Shown here: one piece after another, positions 51,888 through 62,840 of the stretch
Layout of the letters: every line of letters starts with the position of its first letter
Position numbering within the stretch: the stretch's first letter is position 1
Notes under the pieces: generated by a model
Databases searched by the model: none
What the model saw: only the letters and a program-made list of their open reading frames with translations
Told to the model about the DNA's origin: nothing
Position numbers and translations under genes: made by a program
Source of the DNA: Octopus bimaculoides
Taxonomy: Eukaryota
Direction: 5' to 3'
Assembly (NCBI RefSeq): GCF_001194135.2
Contig: NC_068993.1
Span: forward strand, 49,478,421 to 49,542,420
Length of the DNA stretch: 64,000 nt

Positions 51888-52011
51888 CACTAGCGTAGCT
51901 AGTGGGGCGGCACTTTTGGGTCTGCTGTAGGCAATATGAGATTTTTGTGGGGTCCGGGGGCGGCAGACGGAAGGGCCGCGCCGGGTGGTACACACTCTAG
52001 CTACGCTAGTG
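51888..52011. mobile_element. hAT-like MITE (124 bp)
   Basis: Perfect 15-bp TIR CACTAGCGTAGCTAG / CTAGCTACGCTAGTG; 8-bp TSD GGTTGATT / GGTTAATT with one mismatch. Confidence 0.85.
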
Positions 52012-52649
52012 GGTTAATTAAGATCTCCCCCACCAACTTAGTCTAATCCCTGAGTTTCGCTTAAAAACAAGTTGCAAAAGAGCACAAGGAAACATTTTTA
52101 CGACCCCAAAAACTCGGAAGCAATATTTTGCACATACACAAGCACATACACAAGCACACACACAAGCACACACACCACACACAAGTGTTGCGTGTTAAAT
52201 ATATATATAATATATATATATGCAAAAGACCACCAGTTGTGGGTTCCCTTGTGAATTTGAACTCGCTAATCTTTATTTAATGTGACATTTGCATGTTTAA
52301 GCAATAATAAGTGAGCTAAACAATAAAAACCATAATCAAATTGTATATATATAATCTTGTCTTTCACACATGTAACACGGCAGCCCTGGCTGCTACTGAT
52401 GTTTGATGTTCAGCCCTTAATTATGTCTGATCTCACTCGATAAAAGCACCTCACAGTCAGTAATCAAACACTATATAACCTGTTAAATCTCTAAACGTTT
52501 TTATTTACTGCTGCCTCTGCTACTACTACTACTAAACACAATGTATATGTGACGTCCTGTATCCAGATATGCATCTATATATACATGTAAATGTAGGTAT
52601 GTACATACATGTACGTATATATACATATACTCACATATTATTTGTATTT

Positions 52650-52689
<40 letters not shown>

Positions 52690-54197
52690 NNNNNNNNNNN
52701 NNNNNNNNNNNNNNNNNTACACGCGCGCGCGTGCATATATGTACAAACATACACACAGACAAGTACATATGCAAGCGTATTTGTATGTTTGCATGTACAT
52801 ACATTCATACATACATGCATGCATGCAAGTGGAATTTTTGTTTTTGTTTTTGGTGTAGTGTTGCCATCAAAATAGAAGAAGAAATGCTAAAACACACAGA
52901 GCAAGATGCAAACTAGGTAACCGTATTCATCAGCTGTTGACTGAAGATATCACTGCGGCTCCACGTTGCTGAAGCGAGGGTGCTCCAGCGTGGCCGGGAT
53001 GGTGTCTAAAACAGGACCACAACAAGTATACAAAATTAAGTGAAAAAATTTGCTTTTATAGCTAAGACAAACAGCACACGAGACGTGACATAGAATGTTA
53101 GACTGATGTCTTTGGACAAGAAGAAAAGACAACCGGTGACGATTGTGCAAGGTGTACTGTTAAGGGGAAATTAGGGGAGGAGCTTGGCCCTTGAACAAAG
53201 AGAAGCCATGCAAGTTAATTTTTCGTTTATTTTTTGTGAACCTATCTTAGACATTCTCATTAACATTCTCATGTTTCCTCTGTAGCTCTCCAGAAAAGGG
53301 TATAAAAAAAGGAGCTTGGAACTGACAAAATAGGAAGCCATCTCGAAACAAGACTCAACAGAAACAAGAATTCCGCTGAAGCTCCAATTTGCAGCCCTGG
53401 CATTTAAGCCCTTTGAATACAGCGGTTAATGTGCTGAAATTGCCTTGACCTTCTATCAACTAATGAAAGGATATGATTACTTTGTTTGTATTATGTCCAG
53501 TGTGCTTTACCGGTTGACCAGACATTTAAATTGTAAGATCAGCTGAACCATCTATTCGTTAAATTGACATTAATTGGCCGAGTATTCCACAGACACGTGT
53601 ATCCTTAACATTCTTCCCAAACCGAAACAGTGTATCACAATAGGTGACAATGCTACTTCTTTGAATTACTGTGCAGTCCATCTAGCGGGCTTCACACTAT
53701 TTCCCAATTTCACTTACAAGGTACAATAAAGACAACACGCAGTTGGATTAAACCTGGGATCTTATAACTACTCAGCAAACTTTTTAACCAATTACCCATG
53801 CCACGCTTTTGCATATTTGTCTGTCTGTTTATCTCTCCATCCATCTGTCCGTCTATTCATTCATTCATTCATTACGTAGGTAAAAGCAACGTAAAGAGTA
53901 TATGTAGTGGATACAAGCATTAGAATATAGTATATGTGCAAATATGCAATAAATACACTTATTTGAATGTATGTATATGTGTAAAACGAAAATGAGCTAA
54001 GAGAAACAACTCAGTGGCCAGTGGCATGTATTTGAACAACAAAGATGAATAAGGGTATATTAAATACCATACAAGTTAACTTCTTGATTTACTGAAATTA
54101 TCTCCGCTTCTAGCGAAAGTAGAACAATCGCCTGGCAGCATCTGGGACCAATTCCAAATGAGAAGGGAAGATTATTTCAAGAATCAAGAATTAGCCT

Positions 54198-54239
<42 letters not shown>

Positions 54240-55194
54240 TAGAGAAAAGAGCCTCTATCTTGTACCTCGACTTGCTCGAAACAACAAACACACCACCCTT
54301 AGATCACATATTCCTGTCTTCATAAACGAAAGGATACGACGTTGAATCATATATATAGGGGCTAACAAAACCAAAAATAAAAATCCCACCATATGTTTGA
54401 AGAAATGACCGAGGTATTGTGTCAGAATATGTGTGTTAAGCTTTTCGCTCTCTCTAGCATAAGGTCATCGAAGATTTTACCGACTTTGGGCTGTCTTTTC
54501 TGCTTCTCTCCTGTTAGATCCCCTTTTTTCTCAACCCCCACCTCAGTATCCCACTCCGTTGTATGTTTCCCTGAAGAGAGGCCTTCCTCTCCCAGGTTTT
54601 GTTGATTTTGAATTGTGATCGATGTTTCTGAATTTTTTTTCTTTTCATCATCATTTTTATCCGAGAAGTGGTGGTCCCATATTAATCTGGCCTCTATCCT
54701 TTGACTTGTCCATCATGAGAGAGGCCCTGCTAAGAACTATCGCTCTGCTGACAAACTCCCAGCTTCATCGAAGCAGATGGGGAATGGACTTTGTGGTGGA
54801 TTGTATTGGTATTAGGGTGTATATTCTCGGTGAACAAACTCTGTGACTAGATTCGCTGTTGAAACCGCATTACATAATTTCACTATTGCTTTTTCGAAGT
54901 GAATGAACGTCATAACCTCATATTCTTTCGAACCTATGGAGTAATAATAATTGGAAAAAAAAATGCTGTTTACACCTACATCCAGTTGGACCCAACAGAT
55001 CTGTAATCAAAGACATTGGAGCCGTGATCTATCCGCCTTCTATTCAGTTGTAGTGTTACGTAGAACTGCGTTACTCCACACATGGTGCCTTGAAATAACT
55101 ATTGTTCTTTAGCCCTACTCGGTTTGAATCCACCAGACCTATGACCAAAGACTATTTTCCCAACCCCGAAATACTGTACCGTGAACTGCATTAA

Positions 55195-55530
55195 TCAACT
55201 TCCCCTTTCATCCTTTTGGGTCGATAAAATAAGCACTAATTGAACACTGAAGTTGATATACTCGACTAACCCTCTTCCTCAAATTACTGGTCTTGTGCCA
55301 AAAGTGGAAGGAATTATTATTAGTATAAATAAAGCGACAAGCTGGAAGAGTTATTAAGGTCGACGGATGGCTTTTCTTTCGGCTTTTTACGTTCTACGTT
55401 CAAATCCCGCCGAGGTCAAACTTTGCCTTTCGTTCTTCCGGGGTCGATAAAATAAGTATCAGTTGAGTACTCAACTAATTTCCTCTCCTGAAATTGCTGG
55501 CCTTCTGTCAAATTTTGAAAACATTAATAT
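55195..55530 (+). mobile_element. Two tandem SINE family C copies, CpG-intact
   Basis: cctttcatccttttgggtcgataaaataag and gttcaaatcccgccgaggtcaaactttgcctttcg...ggggtcgataaaataag. Confidence 0.8.
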
Positions 55531-56312
55531 AAATTTTCTTCTATGACAGTAGACTGGGGTTTGGGAGAGATTTTGCACGTCTAGCGATCACGTAGAGACT
55601 TTGTCACNNNNNNNNNNNNNNNNNNNNNNNNNNNNNNNNNNNNNNNNNNNNNNNNNNNNNNNNNNNNNNNNNNNNNNNNNNNNNNNNNNNNNNNNNNNNN
55701 NNNNNNNNNNNNNNNNNNNNNNNNNNNNNNNNNNNNNNNNNNNNNNNNNNNNNNNNNNNNNNNNNNNNNNNNNNNNNNNNNNNNNNNNNNNNNNNNNNNN
55801 NNNNNNNNNNNNNNNNNNNNNNNNNNNNNNNNNNNNNNNNNNNNNNNNNNNNNNNNNNNNNNNNNNNNNNNNNNNNNNNNNNNNNNNNNNNNNNNNNNNN
55901 NNNNNNNNNNNNNNNNNNNNNNNNNNNNNNNNNNNNNNNNNNNNNNNNNNNNNNNNNNNNNNNNNNNNNNNNNNNNNNNNNNNNNNNNNNNNNNNNNNNN
56001 NNNNNNNNNNNNNNNNNNNNNNNNNNNNNNNNNNNNNNNNNNNNNNNNNNNNNNNNNNNNNNNNNNNNNNNNNNNNNNNNNNNNNNNNNNNNNNNNNNNN
56101 NNNNNNNNNNNNNNNNNNNNNNNNNNNNNNNNNNNNNNNNNNNNNNNNNNNNNNNNNNNNNNNNNNNNNNNNNNNNNNNNNNNNNNNNNNNNNNNNNNNN
56201 NNNNNNNNNNNNNNNNNNNNNNNNNNNNNNNNNNNNNNNNNNNNNNNNNNNNNNNNNNNNNNNNNNNNNNNNNNNNNNNNNNNNNNNNNNNNNNNNNNNN
56301 NNNNNNNNNNNN

Positions 56313-56560
56313 TACTACTACTACTACTACTACTACTACTACCGCTGCTGCCGCCTTCGCCGCCGCCGCCGCCGCCACCACCACCACCATTACTACTGCT
56401 ACTACTACCGCCGCCACCACCGCTGCTACTACTACTACTGCTACTGCTACTGCCGCCTTCACTGCCGCCACCACCACCACTGCTACTACTACTACTATTA
56501 CCACCACCACCACTACCACCACCACCACTACTACTACTACCACCACCACCTACTACTACT
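56313..56560. repeat. In-phase trinucleotide mosaic (ACT/ACC/GCT/GCC)n
   Basis: Direct reading; abuts the gap at 55608-56312. Confidence 0.9.
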
Positions 56561-56729
56561 GGTCTTGTGACAACAATTATGAAATTATTACTAATAATTA
56601 TCTTTCATCCTTTCGAGATTGATAAAATATCAGCAAAGTAATGAGCTTGGTGGTATCACCTAAACGCTTCCCCTCAAAAATGCTAGTCTTGTGCCTAATT
56701 CAAAACCCATTATACTGTTCTCTACCAGT

Positions 56730-57645
56730 TGGTGGAAGTTCTATGATAGTAATATATAGAAATCTAGTGGTGGGTAAGAGTGATGATGTTCTTGGGGAAA
56801 CTCCATGTGTTGACAAGGCTGGACTAGCTGGTATATTTTGGAGAACTTTCAAGCATGGTACTATCATGGATAACATTCAGAAATCCCTAGCCTAGCAGTG
56901 CTACTGAAGAGCACTGCCAGTTCGAGATAAACTCTTCAGGAATTTGAAGTACTGTCAGGTGGGGCTGTCTGAGATGTGTGCAGAGCAATGAAGCCATTGT
57001 GCATGCACTTGTGCAGTATCCAAGTATTACTGACTCGTGGAGTTATGTTGAACAACTGTTATTGCATGTGGCAAGAATCCGACTATCAGCTAAATCCCCA
57101 CCAGCCACTTTTAGCAGGACAAGGCAGGCAGTGTTCCACTGTCTAGTGGTTATGGTAAAAGAGGTTGTGTGGTGGACAAGGCTGAAAGAATTGAGGAAAG
57201 ACACCTTCCTCTTTGGTCAAGCTCTCAACAACCTTTTAAAGTTCCACTTGGGAAGGAAAGTGAGGGTGAGGAAAGAAGTGTTGCTTCCCATTGAATTTAT
57301 GAAAAGCTGGGTGACTGGGGCAATGTTGGTTAGACTGAATGGCCCTACTCTAAGTACACACCTGTAGGTTGGAGTGCAGGAGAGAAGGCTTGAACCTTTG
57401 ATGGCCAGGTTAATCCTCGACCTGTGGGGGTTCCTTGATTGACCCTAGTTTGAAGTTGCTCCTGTATCAGAACTGCATCATTCATGTTACCACATACTTT
57501 GTATACTATACATACTTTTATCACATTTTCACTTGTCTTTTACATTTCTTTTCTCCCTAACCTTTATGTAAACCCCCCCACATAAATTCTTTTCTGCCCT
57601 TCTGATGTCCCCCTCATCTATGCCTCTGTGGCTAATAAAAGAAAC
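56730..57645 (+). mobile_element. L1/Tx1-clade LINE 3' fragment (zf-RVT-like C-terminus plus 3' UTR), decayed
   Basis: KSLA*QCY*RALPVRDKLFR then GCLRCVQSNEAIVHALVQYP...WSYVEQLL (CCHC-type knuckle with the last C changed to Y); AATAAA at about 57634. Confidence 0.8.
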
Positions 57646-57661
57646 TATTATTATTATTATT

Positions 57662-58000
57662 GAGTGAGAGAGCAGTGCATGCCATCAAAGTGACACTGGG
57701 GTACAATTATACGAAGCCCATTATACCCATCATGACTACCCGTCTGATAAAGGTACACCAGGCACATGCATCACAACCACATGTGCGCAACATGGTGATC
57801 TTATATCAAGGTAAATAGTGCACAACCTTGCAGGTGGGGCCCAGTTAGAATTTTTTTTCAGGTTGAGTAGCCCATCCTGCTCAAAAGGTCTTTGAATAAG
57901 GTTTGTTTAAGGATGATGAACGAAACACCCATGTTTCCAGAGGTGAATTATTCAAATCCCAAAGAATTCCTCTCAACACATGACTATGATGCTCCCCCAC
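57662..58000 (-). mobile_element. Probable non-autonomous retroelement bracketed by (TTA)n on both sides
   Basis: A 339-bp non-simple segment between (TTA)n at 57646-57661 and 58001-58017; single copy here, TE status inferred. Confidence 0.45.
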
Positions 58001-58939
58001 TTATTATTATTATTATTGGTGGTGGTGGTAGTGGTTCTTTAAGTAAGCCTTTTGGAAACGCATTATCTCATTTTCTCCCTTTATTATCTATAAATCAGAC
58101 ACCTCTACAAGAAATGACTGTTATTATTTCTCTGATAATTATATCTCTTAATGTGTTCTTACACTGTATTCATCTGGTGTTGTCTTCCACTGATCACTGC
58201 TGCACCTACTACTGCACCTTTGCTGCTGCTATACTTTCTACTGCTGCATCTTTCTATTGTGGCACATTTATTTATCTTTTAGTCCATCAAGTTGGCAGAA
58301 ACAAAAGACTGTTCTATAATATTTAATTTTCCTCCTTCTGTCATTTGAGTTCAAATCCTGCTCGGATTAATTAAATATCTAAATGTCTGAGATAAATTAT
58401 TGTTTATACTAGTTTAATTGTTTTTCTTTTTTTTTGTTTCTTTTTCATGCTATTAACCTAATTTTTAGAGATGAAAGACGTTTTTTTTTTTGTTTTTTTT
58501 TATATTCACAATTTCATCAAATGTCTTATTCCATAATGTGTAGATAGTACTAGACTGGATTTGAACTAGGAAATCTGATAGGAAACTATCTTAAGCTAAA
58601 TGTAATGAAAATGAAATGATTTTCAAATTCTATCCAATACTAACAGACCTTACGTTTGTTTTTTTTTTTTGGGGGGGGGGGGTTACTGTGGGGAGATGTT
58701 TAATGTGTTTCTGAAAAATATTTTCTGTGAAAAAACAAAAACATCTAAGTTTAATGAATCAAGTATCAAGTAGAAGCACATCTGAATAGGTGAAAATAGA
58801 ACAATAATGATGAGGATGATGGAATTTCTAATACAGGCACAAGGTCTTATAGGAGTGGAAGCAGTTCATTAACCCTTGTTTTTCTGTATTTCTGTTAAAA
58901 TATCATCACACCCTCTGGAGTAATGCTTCCTGAGAGGGT

Positions 58940-59160
58940 GTATGGCTCAGAGATTGGGAAATCTCTCCAGATTGAGCCATTACTTCTCCACATTGAGAGG
59001 TTACAGATCTGGTACTGCAATCATGTGATTAGAATGTCACTGGAAAAGATCACAAGACAAACTCTGCAAGCTAGGCTACCTGGCAGGTGAGCTAGCAGTA
59101 AACCAAGAATGTGATGGTTGGATGATATCTATAGTTTTTGGTCACATTTGGGAGTAGAAC
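58940..59160 (+). mobile_element. RTE-clade LINE ORF C-terminal fragment
   Basis: SEIGKSLQIEPLLLHIERLQIWYCNHVIRMSLEKITRQTLQARLPGR*ASSKPRM*WLDDI, matching the RTE pattern EPLLLxIERxQLRWxGHVxRM...GRRxRGRPxxRWxDxI. Confidence 0.8.
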
Positions 59161-59169
59161 AAATCGCAT

Positions 59170-59337
59170 TGTTTTGAATTAATCATGCATCATCTTGTAG
59201 CTTTGAGGTTTGAATAATGTGATTGCTTATTTTTAGAATAACATTGAAGGGTATGTGCAAGAGGCCGCATATAGCCAATTTGAATGAAAACAGGTAAAAT
59301 ATTTGGGTCAGATACAGCCAGTTCAAATGCTAAAGGG
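59170..59337. mobile_element. Second, inverted copy of the 22111 piggyBac-like MITE with one end lost
   Basis: Aligns by eye to the reverse complement of 22111-22280; ends aaatgctaaaggg|TTAA. Confidence 0.8.
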
Positions 59338-60606
59338 TTAAGCAATAAAGGAATGCAATTCTAAGTTGACTAGGATTGAAACTGCTTACTTTTAGCTCTG
59401 AGAATCCACTGTGCCATTCTTTTTCTTCCTCCCTTCTTTCCAGATTCAGTTCAGTTACAATGATTTCCAAGCTCCTCTTTTTTTCTTTTTTTTTGTCAAA
59501 CATCACAGTTAAAACACAGTTGATAACATAATTACTTTTTCTTCCCAATTTTCTCTTTTGTGTGTGTGTGTAAGTGGGATAATGGCAGTGGTGGTAATCT
59601 TCTCTTCATCATTTTCAATTTGATTATTACTATTATTATATATATATATTTATTTAATATATATCTTCTTTTTTTTTTCTTTAATTTCCTAAAATACAAA
59701 TTTTTACTTTTCCATCTTTACATGAATTTTCTCTCTAAAATGTTGAAGAAATTTATTCATATTTTTTTCTGCTATTATTCTCATCATCACCATTGTTGTT
59801 ATTATTGTTATTATTTTCATTATCAATTATTGAAATTCAATTAAAATTGTCCACTTCTAGCTTGTCCATTAAATATCTTTATTAGATTACTATTTGTGCT
59901 GTTTGTTATTTCAACAGCATCTAACCTTTTAATCAATGTCACTAAACTCTACAGAGCATAAGCCAAGCTCTACCTGCCAACCAAGCGTGTTGTTTCACTT
60001 GATAGTTTTTCTAAACCTCATTGTTGTTATTGGCTTTCAACAAGTATTAAATAGGTTTTCTCGCTCTTTCTATATTCCTTTTTTTTATTCCATTCTCTCG
60101 TCTTTCTGTATTTATTTCTTCATACCCAAGGACAAAACATAGCATCAGAATAAAAGAGCAAAGCAACAACAATAAAACTGTCAATTTGTACTCATTTATG
60201 AATCAGAATTTATTTTATTTTATTTTACTTTTTAAAATTGCATTTATTTATTTATTTTGTCTTTTTCTTTGCAACCTTCTCTTTTCCCAACACTGATCCA
60301 GTCTATTTTGAAATAACCTATTCACACACAGTATGCCTATCTATAAGATAGAAGATTCTGATTAGTTTCTTTCTCTTATCAGCCTTCAGTTCCAAAGAAT
60401 ATTCTACCATTTTTTTCTCCCTCTCTTTCTTTTTTTTTTCTTTTTTTTTTTTTCATGTTCTAAATAAAGATACTCTTGTATTTGTATTTGAGAAACATCC
60501 ACCCCAACTCTATGTTCACTGATTATTTCTGATTTGTTTTTGTTTTTCTTCATCGCACGCATGCAACATGCACAAATGTGGGCCTTACACACTTACCTGC
60601 AAGTAT

Positions 60607-60664
<58 letters not shown>

Positions 60665-61860
60665 GCACGCACTACACACCCACAAATAAAGGTAAAACAA
60701 CTGTGTTACATTATTGAACTCTATTTTTCTTATCACTTCACCGGAACTGGATAAATAAAGACAAATTTACCTTTTTTTTTTGTTTCCTCTATACCTATGT
60801 GTATATAGTTGTATTATTATCGTTTTTACTTTTTTATTTTTTATTTTTATTTTATATTTTATTCATTCAGAGCATTGTGGTTAACAAAATTGATCTTAGA
60901 ACCATCAAAGCCCCTCTTCTTCCTGAGAGGTAGAAAATGATCTCCTGGTCGAAACTCAACAAAAATATGGGGTAGTGATAAATTTATTTTGGGAAAATAG
61001 GGGAAGAAGAAAAATGTTATATTATTTAAGGTTCTTTGCAAGTGATTCCTCAAAGGAATTTTTTACTTGATGATAAATGGGGATTGTAATTTTCACTTAT
61101 TTTTTTTTTTTTTAGAATTCTATTTTTATTTATTATCTATACAACATTTTTCGGTAATTTTTTTTTTCTTTCAAATATTTATTTTAGCAATAATTTCTTC
61201 AAACAATTCAAAAATGCAATTATGGTTTTTGGTAAATATTTGGTAGATAAACAAAAGGATAAATACACTAAAAAATTTCTACTATAATTTTTCCAAAATC
61301 TTAGAACTGCAATTTATATAGAGTTGAGAGAAAATGTTCGGTCAGTAGAGTTTAACTAGTAGCTGGGCCTTGTCTGGTGTTTGGTTTCAAATATGTACTT
61401 TGAAGATTAATGTGGGCCCCTTGGGGAAGTTAATGAACCAAGCACTTTCAAGAGACGGAAGCTTATGTTATGGACTATTTCATTTCATTCTGACAGATTC
61501 CATTAGTGAGTGAGAATATACACACAACATTTCTTTTCAATTTTTGTACTGAATTTAGATATAGATATGGCAGTAGCAAAGAATCTAAATACCATACGCT
61601 TATGTATTTATGTCCATGCTCTGTATGGAAATATATTCTTTAATCAATTCTGTTTCATGCTAATCTTTTGAGCAGTATGTTTACTATGGTTATTGTTGAT
61701 TCAGTTGACCACCATGTATTACTGCTACTTATTTTATTGCCTTGAGAAGCATGAAATACAAAGCTGGTCACAGACAGGATTTGAGCTTTTAGTGCACATG
61801 CAGACGTATTCCACAGTTTGTATCTAAGAGATGGATAAAGTCAAATGCAGACAGTTTTAA

Positions 61861-62164
61861 CCCATTACCGCCCATAATTCTATTAACTGGAATTTTTTTA
61901 ATGAAACTTTGATTTCTAGCATAAAACAGCCTTAGAAACACGCTGGAATGATCAAAATAATATTTCAAAATAACATTTCAAAATCACATTTTAAATAGAA
62001 ATAAGCGAGATATCGGGTGAAAAATTAGCAAACCTCATTTGAATATCAGAGAAATATACCTAGTAGATATAGCAAAAAGGTTAGATATGTGTAAATATTG
62101 ACAGATAATTATGAAATTTGTAATTTTTAAGTGACCTCATATGAGATCACTGGTAGGTAATGAG
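61861..62164. mobile_element. piggyBac-like MITE, second family (304 bp)
   Basis: TTAA|CCCATTACCGCCC ... GGTAGGTAATGAG|TTAA; TIR match 10 of 13. Confidence 0.6.
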
Positions 62165-62229
62165 TTAAGGGGAGATTTTCATGCCAGAGCAACAACAGAG
62201 GTATCACAAGATTTCTTGAGGGTAAGAGC

Positions 62230-62840
62230 TCATTGATAAATAACACAAGAGATTAGATCACTTGTAAAGCTAGCATTATGAAAGTTGTACAGGTAGTAAT
62301 AAAGGAGAGAGAGGTTGAAGGTATTGGAAAATTGTATTGTTAATAGTTGTAAGAGAGTATGGTAGGATGAGAGTTCATTGCTAGGGATTGTACTTATTGG
62401 GAATGGCACATTGTAGCATGTTTCCAAAGACCAGGATATATCCTGCAGGGAGAGAGAGTGGGGGAGCAGTGGGAACAAAGAGCTTCGGGGTAAGCTTTGG
62501 AGTGCATTTCTTGAGGAAGTACCTTTGTGATGACTGGTAGCCTTCATTAGCAAAAAACAAAAAATCGTGGCTTGTATCAAGAAAACTTCCTCGTGCCTCG
62601 TTCCACTAAACATGAACAGAATGCAACTAGAAGCCTCACAATTATGTCAAATGCAAGATTTCACCATCATTGAAGATCTCTCCCAATAAATGCAGATCTT
62701 CAAACTAGCAAAGAATGTATCTCAAAGATTCAATGTTATCTTCGGAGACAGAAAATATATCCAACAGCCTCTAGCTCTCTACAAAGCTTGTAAGACTCAC
62801 AATGGAGTATTGCTCCTGTATGTGGGTTGCCATCACCTAT
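62230..62840. mobile_element. CR1-group LINE RT C-terminal remnants in both orientations
   Basis: Plus strand 62535-62840 reads LVAFISKKQK...EDLSQ*MQIFKLAKNVSQRFNVIFGDRKY...LALYKA/VRLTMEYCSCMW (compare LxLYKAQVRPxMEYCSHxW); minus strand 62230-62400 reads LQLLTIQFSNTFNLSLLYYYLYNFHNASFTSDLISCV, weakly like the segment that normally follows. Confidence 0.65.

Larger units (their letters stand above)
45650..56700. other. About 11-kb CpG-retaining (putatively unmethylated) domain
   Basis: SINE C copies at 46765, 49385 and 55380 keep CpGs that are TG/CA in the copies at 22.7, 28.4 and 42.6 kb; (TACG)n at about 46457-46478 and (CG)n at about 52722 survive. Confidence 0.65.

Noticed and set aside
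53286-53400. Strong plus-strand acceptor (cattaac...tttcctctgtag|)
   Set aside because: All three frames stop within 50 nt and there is no good donor; at most a non-coding exon.
295-56641. Long ORFs in the supplied track (poly-YI, HT, CV, LS, poly-I/N/V/L/P, X-runs)
   Set aside because: They are translations of microsatellites or read-through of N gaps, with no protein-like complexity.
60404-60592. Minus-strand ORF ending EYLYLEHEKKKKKKKRKRGRKKW
   Set aside because: The basic tail comes from poly-T runs and the ORF starts inside a putative intron donor.
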